The notes below the pieces were generated by a model that was not told where the DNA came from, made no database searches, and saw only the letters and a list, made by a program, of their open reading frames with translations. This document shows, piece by piece, positions 1-9,297 of a DNA stretch of 64,000 nucleotides; position 1 is the stretch's first letter, and each line of letters begins with the position of its first letter. A program made the translations under genes and the position numbers. This stretch comes from Nitrospirota bacterium. GTDB lineage: Bacteria; Nitrospirota; UBA9217. The DNA lies in the NCBI GenBank assembly GCA_963796285.1, contig CAWCKW010000012.1, forward strand, positions 608,001 to 672,000, read 5' to 3'.

Positions 1-471
1 CAGCTTTTTGAAAATGAGGTCAAGCAATCCATGGCCTACAAATTCTACGCTGATATCCCTACAGGTGATGATAAAAAAGGTATTGGCACGCACAACGTGG
101 TATGGGGCTTTGGCCTCATCGACACCCAGGAGTGTCATAGCAATGCCTTTCATCTGAACGTGGGATACGAGGTGTTCGGGAAGGACATGAAACATTGGCA
201 TTTTGCGCAGGATTATGCCTTCAAGTTCGGTCTGGCTGCCGAACATAAGTTCACGGAATCCTTCCGTCTGGTGACCGAGTTGGCGGGCGAGTACCGGAAA
301 GAGACCGATGAGGTGTCAGATACCCAAACCGATTTACGGCCATTTACTTTCCTGACCGGATTTATCTATGACATCTCAAAGTCCTGGTATGTTGATCTCG
401 GCGCCCGCGCGGGATTGAACAAATATGCTGATGATTATTCGGTGCTCGCGGGTACAGCGTGGAGGTTTTAG
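1..471 (+). CDS. Outer-membrane beta-barrel protein, 5' end probably outside the window; likely associated with the Ni/Co transporter
   Basis: Alternating amphipathic beta-strands and a C-terminal AWRF (terminal Phe); reading frame is open from the window start. Confidence 0.65.
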   Translation, partial: QLFENEVKQSMAYKFYADIPTGDDKKGIGTHNVVWGFGLIDTQECHSNAFHLNVGYEVFGKDMKHWHFAQDYAFKFGLAAEHKFTESFRLVTELAGEYRKETDEVSDTQTDLRPFTFLTGFIYDISKSWYVDLGARAGLNKYADDYSVLAGTAWRF

Positions 472-511
472 TCACTTGCAAATAAAATTCCTCTCAACAT
501 GGAAAGAAAAT

Positions 512-643
512 ATCTCCGGAGACGCAGAGCTCGCAGAGAAAAGCTTAAAAATGTTCTGGGTTAAAACCGAGACGTAAAGGTTTTTGATCTAACTCCGCGT
601 CCTCCGCGAGAGACGCCTTTGGATTCCTTATGTCCGGGTTAGG
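512..643. repeat. Dispersed MITE-like intergenic repeat, copy A
   Basis: Colinear similarity to 1794-1936 (gcagagNtcgcag...aaagctt...ttaaaacc...taaaggttttt...gagagacgc...tgtccgggtNagg). Confidence 0.75.
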
Positions 644-654
644 AAGAGGGTTGC

Positions 655-1323
655 ATGCATATCCCTGACGGTTATCTTGGTCCTCTTACCTACGGCGTGA
701 TGTATGCTGTTACGGTGCCCTTCTGGGCCATTGCGTCATGGAAGATGAATAGGACCCTCAAGGCAAAACAAGCTCCCTACCTCGCTATTGGTGCGGCCTT
801 CAGCTTTGTGATCATGATGTTCAATATCCCGATCTTCGGAGGGACAACAGGGCACGCGACCGGCGCCACCCTGATCTCCATCCTGATAGGACCGTGGGCC
901 GCGACGATCGCGGTCTCGGTGGCGCTCATCATCCAGGCGCTGCTCTTCGGCGATGGCGGGATAACCGCGATCGGCGCGAATTGTTTTAACATGGCGATCG
1001 CGGGCGTGTTTATGGGCTATGGGGTTTATCGGCTCGTATCCGTGGGATCAGCCGTCGGAAGCAGAAGACGCCTCATTGCAGGGGGCGTAGCAGCCTATGT
1101 AAGTTTGAACATTTCCGCTCTATTGACCGCTATTCAACTCGGTGTCCAGCCCATCATCGAACGATCTTCTTCAGGAGAGCCGCTGTATGCGCCTTTTCCA
1201 CTCAGCGTGGCCGTTCCCGCAATGGCGATCGAGCATCTGTTCCTCTTCGGGTTTGTCGAAGCCGCGGTCACGGCCCTGGTGATCAGATATTTTCAGAAGA
1301 ACGAACCTGAGATGCTGGGGTAG
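655..1323 (+). CDS. cbiM: ECF-type Ni/Co transporter substrate-binding component NikM/CbiM
   Basis: N-terminal MHIPDG motif (NikM-type), GGTTGH and LLFGDGGITAIGAN motifs, multiple TM helices. Confidence 0.93.
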   Translation: MHIPDGYLGPLTYGVMYAVTVPFWAIASWKMNRTLKAKQAPYLAIGAAFSFVIMMFNIPIFGGTTGHATGATLISILIGPWAATIAVSVALIIQALLFGDGGITAIGANCFNMAIAGVFMGYGVYRLVSVGSAVGSRRRLIAGGVAAYVSLNISALLTAIQLGVQPIIERSSSGEPLYAPFPLSVAVPAMAIEHLFLFGFVEAAVTALVIRYFQKNEPEMLG

Positions 1324-1340
1324 GAGGAGAGTCAGGAAGG

Positions 1341-1384
1341 GAGTAAGAGTCAGGAGTCAAGAGTCAAGAGTCAAGAGTCAAGAG
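1341..1384 (+). repeat. Tandem heptamer repeat (GAGTCAA)n
   Basis: gagtcag gagtcaa gagtcaa gagtcaa gagtcaa seen directly. Confidence 0.9.
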
Positions 1385-1415
1385 AACTCATTACATCAAA
1401 GGCAAAGAAAACCGC

Positions 1416-1757
1416 ATGACAACAACAAAAAAACTCTGGATCGGCATCGGTATTCTCGCGTTGCTCTCACCATTGGGGTTGATCCTCCCTGCGCTGTTCG
1501 GCGCCGGAGGCGCCTGGGGGGAGTGGGGGATCAATACGATCGAAAAGTTAGTTGGTTTTGTTCCCGAGGGCATGAAGCGTCTAGCTGATCCCGGGAAAGT
1601 GCCTCTGCCAGGTTATACAGTACCCGGGCAGAGCACAGGGCTCGTAAGCGGAAGTTTCGGCTATCTTGCGTCCGCCATCATCGGCATCGCGCTGGCAGCG
1701 GTCGTTATGTTCCTTTTAGTGAAATTGCTGGTCCGCAAGAAAAAGGGTAGTGAGTAA
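1416..1757 (+). CDS. NikN/CbiN-like (PDGLE-type) small membrane component
   Basis: Two TM helices with AWGEW and PLPGY motifs; lies between cbiM and cbiQ. Confidence 0.8.
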   Translation: MTTTKKLWIGIGILALLSPLGLILPALFGAGGAWGEWGINTIEKLVGFVPEGMKRLADPGKVPLPGYTVPGQSTGLVSGSFGYLASAIIGIALAAVVMFLLVKLLVRKKKGSE

Positions 1758-1793
1758 CTAAAGAAGGAAACCTTCTTAAAGCGGCAAGACATT

Positions 1794-1936
1794 TTCTCGC
1801 AGAGGCGCAGAGTTCGCAGTGAAAAGCTTACAAATGATCTGGTTTAAAACCAATACTTAAAGGTTTTGATTTAACTCTGCGTCCTCTGCGTGCTCTGCGA
1901 GAGACGCTCTTTTGGTCCAGGATTGTCCGGGTGAGG
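1794..1936. repeat. Dispersed MITE-like intergenic repeat, copy B
   Basis: Similar to 512-643; internal inverted GCAGAG/CTCTGC arms. Confidence 0.75.
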
Positions 1937-1962
1937 AGTGAACGTGAATCCTGCAGGTGGTC

Positions 1963-2841
1963 ATGGTGTCAAACGATAGATTTCTGGACAAGACGCTCCT
2001 TGCGGTCTCGCGCGCGGCGGAACAGTTCCTGTTCTCCGAGCAGTATGCCGCCCGCGCCGGGTTCCTGCAGTCGCTTGATATCAGGATCAAGCTCATAACC
2101 TTGCTGGTCCTGCTCATCCTCATCAGCGTGCTGCACACCCCCGGGACGTTATGGGTCCTCTATGCACTGGGCCTTTTGCTCGCTGCGGTTTCCCGCATAC
2201 CGCTCTGGTTCTTTCTAAAGCGGGTCTGGTTGTTCGTTCCGCTCTTCTCGGCAGCTATCATTCTGCCGGCAATCTTGAATATCATCACGCCTGGCGAGCC
2301 GCTCTGGACCGTGATGACGTTCAAGCATCCCTACGTTTGGGGCCCTTATACAATTCCCGCTGAAATAACCGTCACGCGCCAGGGGCTCTGGGGCGGCATC
2401 CTGTTCGTGTCGCGCGTGGCCGCGTCGGTCTCCTTTGCCGTGCTTTTCACGCTGACGCACCGTTGGGCCGAGATCTTCGCCGGCCTCCGCGCGCTCCATG
2501 TCCCGCGTATCTTTGTCATGACGCTCAGCATGACCGAGCGATACCTCTTTGTGCTGCTGCGGATGATCCAGGATATGTATCGGGCCAGGAAGAGCCGGAC
2601 GATCCAACCGCTCGCTGTTGCCGCGGAGCGGGACTGGATCGCCTCTCGCATCGGCGTCACCTTCAGGAAGTCCGTGGAGATGAGCGGCGACATCTATAAG
2701 GCCATGCTCTCGCGCGGCTTTCAGGGAGAGTATCGATCTCTCAACCGGTCCAGCGCAAGGGCAATCGACGCTGTCTGGCTGGTGACAGTCCTCTCCCTGA
2801 GTGGTATACTTCTCCTGTTCGAAAGGGGAATGCTGTGGTGA
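1963..2841 (+). CDS. cbiQ: ECF transporter T component CbiQ/NikQ
   Basis: LDIRIKL, RYLFVL, ARKSR and AMLSRGF motifs. Confidence 0.92.
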   Translation: MVSNDRFLDKTLLAVSRAAEQFLFSEQYAARAGFLQSLDIRIKLITLLVLLILISVLHTPGTLWVLYALGLLLAAVSRIPLWFFLKRVWLFVPLFSAAIILPAILNIITPGEPLWTVMTFKHPYVWGPYTIPAEITVTRQGLWGGILFVSRVAASVSFAVLFTLTHRWAEIFAGLRALHVPRIFVMTLSMTERYLFVLLRMIQDMYRARKSRTIQPLAVAAERDWIASRIGVTFRKSVEMSGDIYKAMLSRGFQGEYRSLNRSSARAIDAVWLVTVLSLSGILLLFERGMLW

Positions 2842-3645
2842 CAACCGCGTTCAGCCTGCGCAATATCGAATACGCCTATCGGTCAGGGGCCCCGGTCCTG
2901 AGCAACCTGAACCTGGACTTTCAGCCGGGCGAGCGGACCGTGGTCCTGGGCGCGAACGGCACGGGTAAATCAACGCTCCTCTCCCTGCTGGACGGCCTGG
3001 TATTTCCCGGCTCAGGGACGATCCACGCCTTCGGCAAACCCTTGTCAGAGGCCGCGCTGGAGGACCGCTCCTTTTCCATGGATTTCAGAAAGCGCGTCGC
3101 CTTCGTGTTCCAGAACTCCGATGTGCAGTTGTTCTCATCCACGGTCTGGGACGACGTGGCCTTTGGTCCGCTCCAGCTCGGCTGGTCCGCGTCAGAGGTG
3201 CGAACAACGGTCGAGGGACTTCTTGAAACGCTTCATATTTCGGACCTGCGGGATCGAGCGCCGCACACGCTCTCGGACGGCCAGAAGAAAAAGGTCGCTA
3301 TCGCGTCGAGCCTCGCCACGGACCCCGACGTGCTGCTGCTCGACGAGCCCACGAGCGGGCTGGACCCGCGGACGCAGGTATGGCTCATCGAACTTCTGTG
3401 GGACCTGCACAAACAAGGCAAGACCATTATTGCAGCCACGCACGACCTGTCGATCGCCGGAGATATCGCTGACCGGGCCATTGTGCTTTCGGAAGACCAC
3501 ACGGTTGCCGCGGACGGAACGTTTTCGGAGGTCATCAGAAACGACGATCTGCTGCTCAAGGTCAATCTGATCCACGAACACGCGCACCGGCATGGCGACA
3601 CGGCCCATGTCCACCGCCACGGCCACTATGGACACTATCACTCGA
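2835..3645 (+). CDS. cbiO: ECF transporter ATPase CbiO/NikO with His-rich tail (runs in frame into the next ORF, to 3941, in this assembly)
   Basis: Walker A GANGTGKST, LSDGQKKK signature, LLLDEPT, HD; HEHAHRH tail. Confidence 0.9.
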
Positions 3646-3656
3646 ACGGAGGCGCT

Positions 3657-3941
3657 ATGCACGATACCCATAAACATTCACACGGCCAGGGACACGGTCA
3701 CGACCACGACAATGTCGAGACCGAGGTCCTGCGAAAACTCCAGGTGATGATCGAGCACTGGATCGAACACGGCGACAGCCACGCGGAGAACTATTCGGAG
3801 TGGGCCGCCAAGGCGAGCGAGGCAGGGGAGGAAGAGGTTTCCAGGGAGATTCACCTGGCCATCGCCGACAGCGAATCAGTGAAGAAGCATCTTCAGCGGG
3901 CAAAGGCGATCCTGGCCGCGAAGCTGGTGATGAGGAAGTGA
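3657..3941 (+). CDS. Small His-rich putative nickel-binding protein (HWxxHxxxH helical domain)
   Basis: Own GGAGG RBS at 3648-3652 and ATG at 3657; MHDTHKHSHGQGHGHDH...KLQVMIEHWIEHGDSHAENYSEWA. Confidence 0.65.
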   Translation: MHDTHKHSHGQGHGHDHDNVETEVLRKLQVMIEHWIEHGDSHAENYSEWAAKASEAGEEEVSREIHLAIADSESVKKHLQRAKAILAAKLVMRK

Positions 3942-3944
3942 TTA

Positions 3945-4020
3945 TATTTCGGAATGCGGAATGTGGAGTGCGGAATGAAAAAGATATTTCATCCGAAATC
4001 CGAAATCTGCAATCAGAAAT
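3945..4020. repeat. Bipartite heptamer repeat element, (GCGGAAT)n ... (AATCCGA/AATCTGC)n
   Basis: ttcggaatgcggaatgtggagtgcggaatg followed by atccgaaatccgaaatctgcaatcagaaat. Confidence 0.8.
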
Positions 4021-4034
4021 TTGAGAGGGATCCT

Positions 4035-4625
4035 ATGCAAGACATCCAAAACAACGACCTTCGTGAAGTCATCCAGTTTCACGGCCACCTCTGCCCCGGG
4101 CTTGCGCTTGGCTATCGCGTGGCAAAGGCCGCGCTTCGCGAATTGAAGGCGGACCGGCCGCAGGACGAGGAGCTTGTGGCCATCGTTGAGAACGACTCCT
4201 GTGCTGTTGATGCAATCCAGTTCATCACCGGCTGCACCTTCGGGAAGGGAAACCTCATCTTCCGCGACTACGGCAAGCACGTATATACCATCTTTAATCG
4301 CAGCACCGATCAGGGTGTGCGCATCTCCGAGGACTATCGCGGGTTTGAAAATGATAAGCGTTATTCCGAGCTCAGGAAGCGGCAGGAGGCTGGTGAGGAC
4401 GTGTCGCGCGAGATGCAGGTGTTCAAGATGGAAAAGGCAGCGGCGATCCTGAAGGCTGATGAGAAGGAGATACTAACCATCACGCCGGTGTCTTCGCCGC
4501 CGCCGGAAGAAGCAAAGATTCGGGGTTCGCTGCGCTGTTCCATCTGCGGCGAGAAGTTCATGGGATCACGCAGTCGTGAGAAGAACGGGAAGGTTATGTG
4601 CATCCCGTGTTTTGCAAAAGCGTAG
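4035..4625 (+). CDS. FmdE-family protein with C-terminal Cys4 zinc finger
   Basis: FHGHLCPGLALG, ENDSCAVDAIQFITGCTFGKGNL, CxxC...CxxC. Confidence 0.92.
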   Translation: MQDIQNNDLREVIQFHGHLCPGLALGYRVAKAALRELKADRPQDEELVAIVENDSCAVDAIQFITGCTFGKGNLIFRDYGKHVYTIFNRSTDQGVRISEDYRGFENDKRYSELRKRQEAGEDVSREMQVFKMEKAAAILKADEKEILTITPVSSPPPEEAKIRGSLRCSICGEKFMGSRSREKNGKVMCIPCFAKA

Positions 4626-4780
4626 GATATCACCAGATTATGATACATTACATTATTATCAAACTTATTCGCAAAAAGAGACGCCGGCATCTACATACTG
4701 CTCCAATCCGTATCTGCATTATTTTCACTCCCAATATTGTACTGAGTCTTCAATAACCTCCTCTTTTTGCTACTATATTC

Positions 4781-4809
4781 TTGACAATAAACCCCTCTGA
4801 AGTTATTAT
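4781..4809 (+). promoter_or_regulatory. Sigma70-type promoter for the ompA/motB-rib operon
   Basis: TTGACA-17 nt-TATTAT upstream of the AAGGAGG RBS. Confidence 0.7.
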
Positions 4810-4863
4810 AACGCTGCTTTTCTATCCCTCATACGAACGCAGCGCAACAATAAGGAGGATACT

Positions 4864-5632
4864 ATGAAAAAAGCTTTTGTTTTTCCAGTATTTGTTTTAT
4901 TGCTCCTGACCGGATGTGTCTCGCAGGGAAAGTACGATCTCAAGTCCAAGGAACTCCAAACGCTTTCATCGAAGAGCGAAGATCTTCAGGCACAGCTTCA
5001 GGCCAAGACCAGCGAAAGCGAAGCGCTCAAACAAGACAAGGGAGCCCTGATACAGGAAAAGGAAGCTCTCCTGAAGGACAAGGAAGCCTACCAGAAGGAG
5101 AACGACACGCTCCAGTCGCGGATCAACGAATTGTCGCAGAAGGCGGAGAAGGCCGAGCAGCTCGAGAAGGCCACGCAAACCTATCAGGACCTGCAGAAGA
5201 AGCTCGAGAAGGAGATCCAAGAGGGTCAGGTGCAGATCAAGGAGATGAAGGACCGTCTGACCATGACCATGGTGGACAAGATCATTTTCCCCTCCGGCAG
5301 CGCAAAGATCAGCAAGGAAGGGAAACAAGTGCTGGACAAGGTGGTCAGCATTTTGAAAGATGTTAAAGACAAACGAATCCAGATCGAAGGGCATACGGAC
5401 AATGTGAAGATCGTGAGCGAGCTGAAGAACCGGTTCCCCACAAACTGGGAGCTGTCGACTGCCCGGGCGACCGAGGTGGTGAGGTATCTCCAGGAGAAGG
5501 GCGGCCTCAATCCCAATCTTCTTTCTGCGACAGGCTACGGTGAATACCAGCCGGTCGCTCCAAACGACTACCGAAGAGGGCCGGCACAAGAACCGCCGTA
5601 TCGAGATCGTTCTGCTGCCGTTGTTAAAGTAG
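4864..5632 (+). CDS. OmpA/MotB-family peptidoglycan-binding lipoprotein with coiled coil (+1 indel near 5569)
   Basis: Lipobox LLTGC, IEGHTDN, NWELSTARA; the shifted frame gives TEEGRHKNRRIEIVLLP and a stop at 5630-5632. Confidence 0.88.
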
Positions 5633-5640
5633 GTTTAGAT

Positions 5641-6279
5641 ATGTTCACCGGGATCGTGGAAGAGATGGGGAGCGTGAAGGCGCTCCGGCGTGATGCGGGA
5701 GCGGCCCGATTGACCATATCCGCATCCACGGTGCTCGGCAATACCGTCATCGGGGACAGCATCTGTGTGAACGGCGTCTGTCTTACGGTCGTCGATATGA
5801 CGAAGAGCGAGTTCTCCGCCGATATTGCGGTGGAAACGCTGAAGGTCACGAACCTCGGCGAGCTCAGGACCGGAGCAAAGGTCAACCTCGAGCGCGCCCT
5901 CCAGTTATCAGCCCGGATCGGCGGTCACCTGGTGAGCGGTCACATTGACGCGATAGGCCGCATCCGTGAGAAACGTGAAGAGGGCAACGGCTGGCGCATC
6001 TTCATTGATGCGCCGGAAACCGTCTTGAGATATGTCATAAAAAAAGGCTCGATCGCGATCGACGGCATCAGTCTTACGGTCGCCGATCTTGACAAGGCCG
6101 GTTTTTCCATCGCCATCATCCCGCACACCGCCAAGCTCACGACGCTGGGGTTCAAGTCCGCGGGCGACAGTGTGAATCTGGAGTCGGATATTATCGGGAA
6201 ATACGTTGAACGACTTCTGTCCGGAAGGGTGGAAGGCGGCGTGAGCCTGGAACTGTTACAGAAGAGCGGATTTGCGTAA
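5641..6279 (+). CDS. ribE: Riboflavin synthase alpha chain
   Basis: Canonical N-terminus [35 protein letters not shown]. Confidence 0.96.
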   Translation: MFTGIVEEMGSVKALRRDAGAARLTISASTVLGNTVIGDSICVNGVCLTVVDMTKSEFSADIAVETLKVTNLGELRTGAKVNLERALQLSARIGGHLVSGHIDAIGRIREKREEGNGWRIFIDAPETVLRYVIKKGSIAIDGISLTVADLDKAGFSIAIIPHTAKLTTLGFKSAGDSVNLESDIIGKYVERLLSGRVEGGVSLELLQKSGFA

Positions 6280-6382
6280 CGAAAAGCGTCAAGGGTCAAG
6301 GCTCAAGGGTCCAGTCAAAGACAGAGAATCAGAATCTCTGACCCATGACCAGGATGTTGTTATTAAGAAAAGGTGGTTTACA

Positions 6383-7588
6383 ATGAAGTTCAACACGATC
6401 GAAGAAGGCATTGAAGATATTAAAAAAGGCAAGATGGTCATCCTCGTTGATGATGAGGACCGGGAGAACGAAGGAGACCTGACCATGGCCGCGGAGGCCG
6501 TGACGCCCGAGGCCATCAATTTCATGGCCACGCACGGTCGCGGGCTCATCTGTCTGTCGCTGACGTCGGAGCGCGTGGAGCAGCTCCAGCTCCCGATGAT
6601 GACCACGGACAATACGTCGTCGTTCGGAACGGCGTTCACGATTTCCATCGAGGCGAAGAAGGGCGTGACCACGGGCATCTCCGCGGCTGACCGGGCAACG
6701 ACGATCAAGGCCGCCATCGACCCCAAGTCCAAGCCGGCGGACCTGGCGCGGCCGGGGCATGTATTTCCGCTCCGCGCACGTTCAGGCGGCGTGCTCCAGC
6801 GCGCGGGCCAGACCGAGGGATCGGTCGACCTTGCCCGGCTTGCGGGGCTCTACCCGGCCGGCGTGATCTGCGAGATCATGAACGATGACGGCACCATGGC
6901 CCGCGTGCCGCATCTCATGGAATTCGCAAAAAAATTCCATCTCAAGATCATTACGGTAAAGGACCTGATCGCCTACCGGGTCAGAAAAGAATCGCTCGTG
7001 CGAAGGGTGGCGGTCACGAAAATGCCGACCAGCCACGGAAGCGATTTTACCGCGATTCTCTATGCGAACGACATCGATCGGATGAACCACATGGCCCTGG
7101 TAAAGGGCGACATCAAACCCGAGGATGAGGTCCTCGTGCGGGTACACTCCGAGTGCCTCACCGGAGATGTGTTCGGTTCGCTCCGCTGCGACTGCGGCGA
7201 CCAGCTCCACAACGCCATGAAGATAATCGACGAAGAAGGCAAAGGGGTCATCCTCTATATGCGCCAGGAGGGCCGCGGTATCGGCCTCGAAGGCAAGCTC
7301 AAGGCCTATGAGCTTCAGGACCAGGGCAAGGACACGGTTGAGGCAAATCTGGCGCTCGGATTCAAGGCCGATCTCAGGGACTATGGCGTGGGCGCTCAGA
7401 TCCTGCGCGACCTCGGTGTCCGGAAGATCAGGCTGCTTACGAATAATCCCAAGAAGATCGTAGGTCTCGAAGGCTATGGATTGACCGTCGTGTCGCGCAT
7501 ACCGATCGAGATGCACCCTCATGCGAAGAACCTCCAGTATCTCAAGGTGAAGAAGAGCAAGATGGGGCATATGCTGGAAAAGGTGTAA
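6383..7588 (+). CDS. ribBA: Bifunctional DHBP synthase / GTP cyclohydrolase II
   Basis: [52 protein letters not shown]. Confidence 0.97.
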   Translation: MKFNTIEEGIEDIKKGKMVILVDDEDRENEGDLTMAAEAVTPEAINFMATHGRGLICLSLTSERVEQLQLPMMTTDNTSSFGTAFTISIEAKKGVTTGISAADRATTIKAAIDPKSKPADLARPGHVFPLRARSGGVLQRAGQTEGSVDLARLAGLYPAGVICEIMNDDGTMARVPHLMEFAKKFHLKIITVKDLIAYRVRKESLVRRVAVTKMPTSHGSDFTAILYANDIDRMNHMALVKGDIKPEDEVLVRVHSECLTGDVFGSLRCDCGDQLHNAMKIIDEEGKGVILYMRQEGRGIGLEGKLKAYELQDQGKDTVEANLALGFKADLRDYGVGAQILRDLGVRKIRLLTNNPKKIVGLEGYGLTVVSRIPIEMHPHAKNLQYLKVKKSKMGHMLEKV

Positions 7589-7596
7589 TAAGCAAC

Positions 7597-7713
7597 ATTG
7601 CGGATTAGCAGAATACGAATTGCGAGTAAATACAAAAACGCAAATCACAAACGTTCCGGGATTGGAATTTCACTTTGGAATTTTTGGGATTTCGATTTGA
7701 GATTTGAATTTCG
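7597..7713. repeat. Degenerate heptamer-periodic intergenic element
   Basis: attgcggattagcagaatacgaattgcg ... gggatttcgatttgagatttgaatttcg. Confidence 0.55.
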
Positions 7714-7726
7714 CGAGGAGGGTTCG

Positions 7727-8194
7727 ATGCCAAAAATAATACAGGGTGATCTGACGGCGAAGGGGCTCAAGTTCGGAATTGTCGCTGCCCGGTTCAATGA
7801 TTTTATCACAAGCCGGCTTCTGGACGGGGCCATTGACGCGCTTCTGCGCCACGGCGCGGCGGACAGCGACATCGAGGTCCTCAAGGTCCCCGGGGCATAC
7901 GAAATCCCCCTTGCCGCAAAAATGCTCGCCCAGTCAAAAAAATTCAATGCGATCATCTGTCTCGGCGCGGTGATCCGCGGCGCGACACCCCACTTCGAAT
8001 ACGTGAGCGCCGAGGTGAGCAAAGGCGTGGCATCGGTCTCCATGGAAACGGGACTGCCGGTCATTTTTGGCGTCCTGACCACCGACACCATTGAACAGGC
8101 GATCGAGCGCGCCGGCACCAAGAGCGGCAACAAGGGCTGGGACGCGGCCCTCTCCGCCATCGAGATGGCGAACGTTATGAAGCAAATGGCCTAG
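7727..8194 (+). CDS. ribH: 6,7-dimethyl-8-ribityllumazine synthase
   Basis: [38 protein letters not shown]. Confidence 0.97.
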   Translation: MPKIIQGDLTAKGLKFGIVAARFNDFITSRLLDGAIDALLRHGAADSDIEVLKVPGAYEIPLAAKMLAQSKKFNAIICLGAVIRGATPHFEYVSAEVSKGVASVSMETGLPVIFGVLTTDTIEQAIERAGTKSGNKGWDAALSAIEMANVMKQMA

Positions 8195-8235
8195 CAGCGG
8201 ATGCATATACCGGGACGGCGGTCAGGCGACAGGGA

Positions 8236-8667
8236 ATGAAGAGACGCAAGGCAAGGGAGCATGCGCTCCAGATATTGTTCCAGCTCGATATAAGAAAAGA
8301 GAAGCCATCCGCTGTTGTCCTGAAGCATTTCTGGGCAGAGTATCAGCCGGATGATGAGGTCAAGGCCTTTGCCGAAGAGATCATCAAGGGGACCTATAAG
8401 CATCTTCCTGAGATCAACAAGCTGATCCACAAGTGCGCGAAGAACTGGACGATCGACCGCATGGCCGTGGTTGACCGCAACGTGCTCAGAATGGCGGTGT
8501 ATGAAATTCTTCACCGGATGGACATTCCCACCAGTGTAACGATCAATGAGGCCATCGAAATCGCAAAAAAATACGGTACCGAAGAATCGGCTTCGTTCGT
8601 GAACGGCATTCTGGACAGCGTAGCCAGGACGACCGGGAAAATTGACGAGGGAAAGATCGAGTCGTAG
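8236..8667 (+). CDS. nusB: Transcription antitermination factor NusB
   Basis: RRKAREHALQ, DRNVLR, INEAIEIAKKYG, FVNGILD. Confidence 0.96.
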   Translation: MKRRKAREHALQILFQLDIRKEKPSAVVLKHFWAEYQPDDEVKAFAEEIIKGTYKHLPEINKLIHKCAKNWTIDRMAVVDRNVLRMAVYEILHRMDIPTSVTINEAIEIAKKYGTEESASFVNGILDSVARTTGKIDEGKIES

Positions 8668-8675
8668 GAGAGGGG

Positions 8676-9188
8676 ATGTACGGCGTGACGGTGAAGGTGA
8701 TGCTCAAGGACATAAAACAACTCGCGACAGAAGCCTTGATCGTTGGTTTCAATGAAGATGTCCGGCCGCTGAAAGGCGTTGCCGGAGAACTCGACTGGCT
8801 GCTCTGCGGTTCTCTCTCCGCTCTTGTTCTCTCGAAAAAACTCCGTGGTTCGCTCGGTGATGTGGCCCTTGTCACCTCGCAGGGCAAGGTGCCCGTGCAA
8901 AAGATCTTCATGGTGGGGTTGGGGCCCCGCAACGGGATGACCCCGGCAACCCTGCGGAGTGTTGCCAGGAACGCGGCGACCACAGCCGTCGGCGCTGGCG
9001 TCAGGAGCGCGGCGATAGAATATTTTCCGTCCTCCGAGATGCCTCTTGACACTGGGGTAAATGCTCTGTATCAGGGGCTGGACGAGGGTGCCGGTGGACG
9101 CAGCTTCGATGTCTTCTTACTGGCTTCGGATGCTGCTGCCTACGAACAAATTTCACGATCGTTGAAAGAGCCTCCTGCAAAGGCCTAG
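8676..9188 (+). CDS. Stand-alone peptidase M17 (leucyl aminopeptidase) N-terminal-like domain protein
   Basis: EDVRPLKGVAGELDWLLCGSLS and KIFMVGLG; no catalytic domain; start uncertain. Confidence 0.65.
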   Translation: MYGVTVKVMLKDIKQLATEALIVGFNEDVRPLKGVAGELDWLLCGSLSALVLSKKLRGSLGDVALVTSQGKVPVQKIFMVGLGPRNGMTPATLRSVARNAATTAVGAGVRSAAIEYFPSSEMPLDTGVNALYQGLDEGAGGRSFDVFLLASDAAAYEQISRSLKEPPAKA

Positions 9189-9221
9189 ACTTGACCTAAA
9201 GCTGCCGTATTAAGTTGCAAG

Positions 9222-9244
9222 CGCAGGCTACAGCCTGCGGCTAC
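9222..9244 (-). repeat. GTAG-type REP-like palindrome
   Basis: Minus strand reads GTAGC CGCAGGC TGTA GCCTGCG. Confidence 0.6.
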
Positions 9245-9297
9245 CCAAGCGGGACACATTCAGAATCCTCAATGGATGACCTGCACAGGAGAACCCG

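Noticed and set aside
4630-4860. FMN riboswitch upstream of the rib genes, or cobalamin riboswitch near the cbi/nik genes
   Set aside because: No RFN or B12-box consensus seen; the start of the nik operon lies outside the window.
4864-6279. Apparent OmpA/MotB-riboflavin synthase fusion (471-aa ORF)
   Set aside because: One extra base near 5569 hides the normal NRRIEIVL end and stop at 5632; RibE begins with its canonical N-terminal MFTG at 5641.
6272-6382. N-terminal extensions of RibBA (and likewise RibH, FmdE, PurF and LptG) in the ORF track
   Set aside because: They translate intergenic repeat elements; downstream ATGs match the family N-termini.
6782-7648. Long antisense ORFs (for example 6782-7648, 18217-19230, 38444-39409, 48994-49794)
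   Set aside because: Shadow frames opposite well-supported GC-rich genes, with no recognisable motifs.
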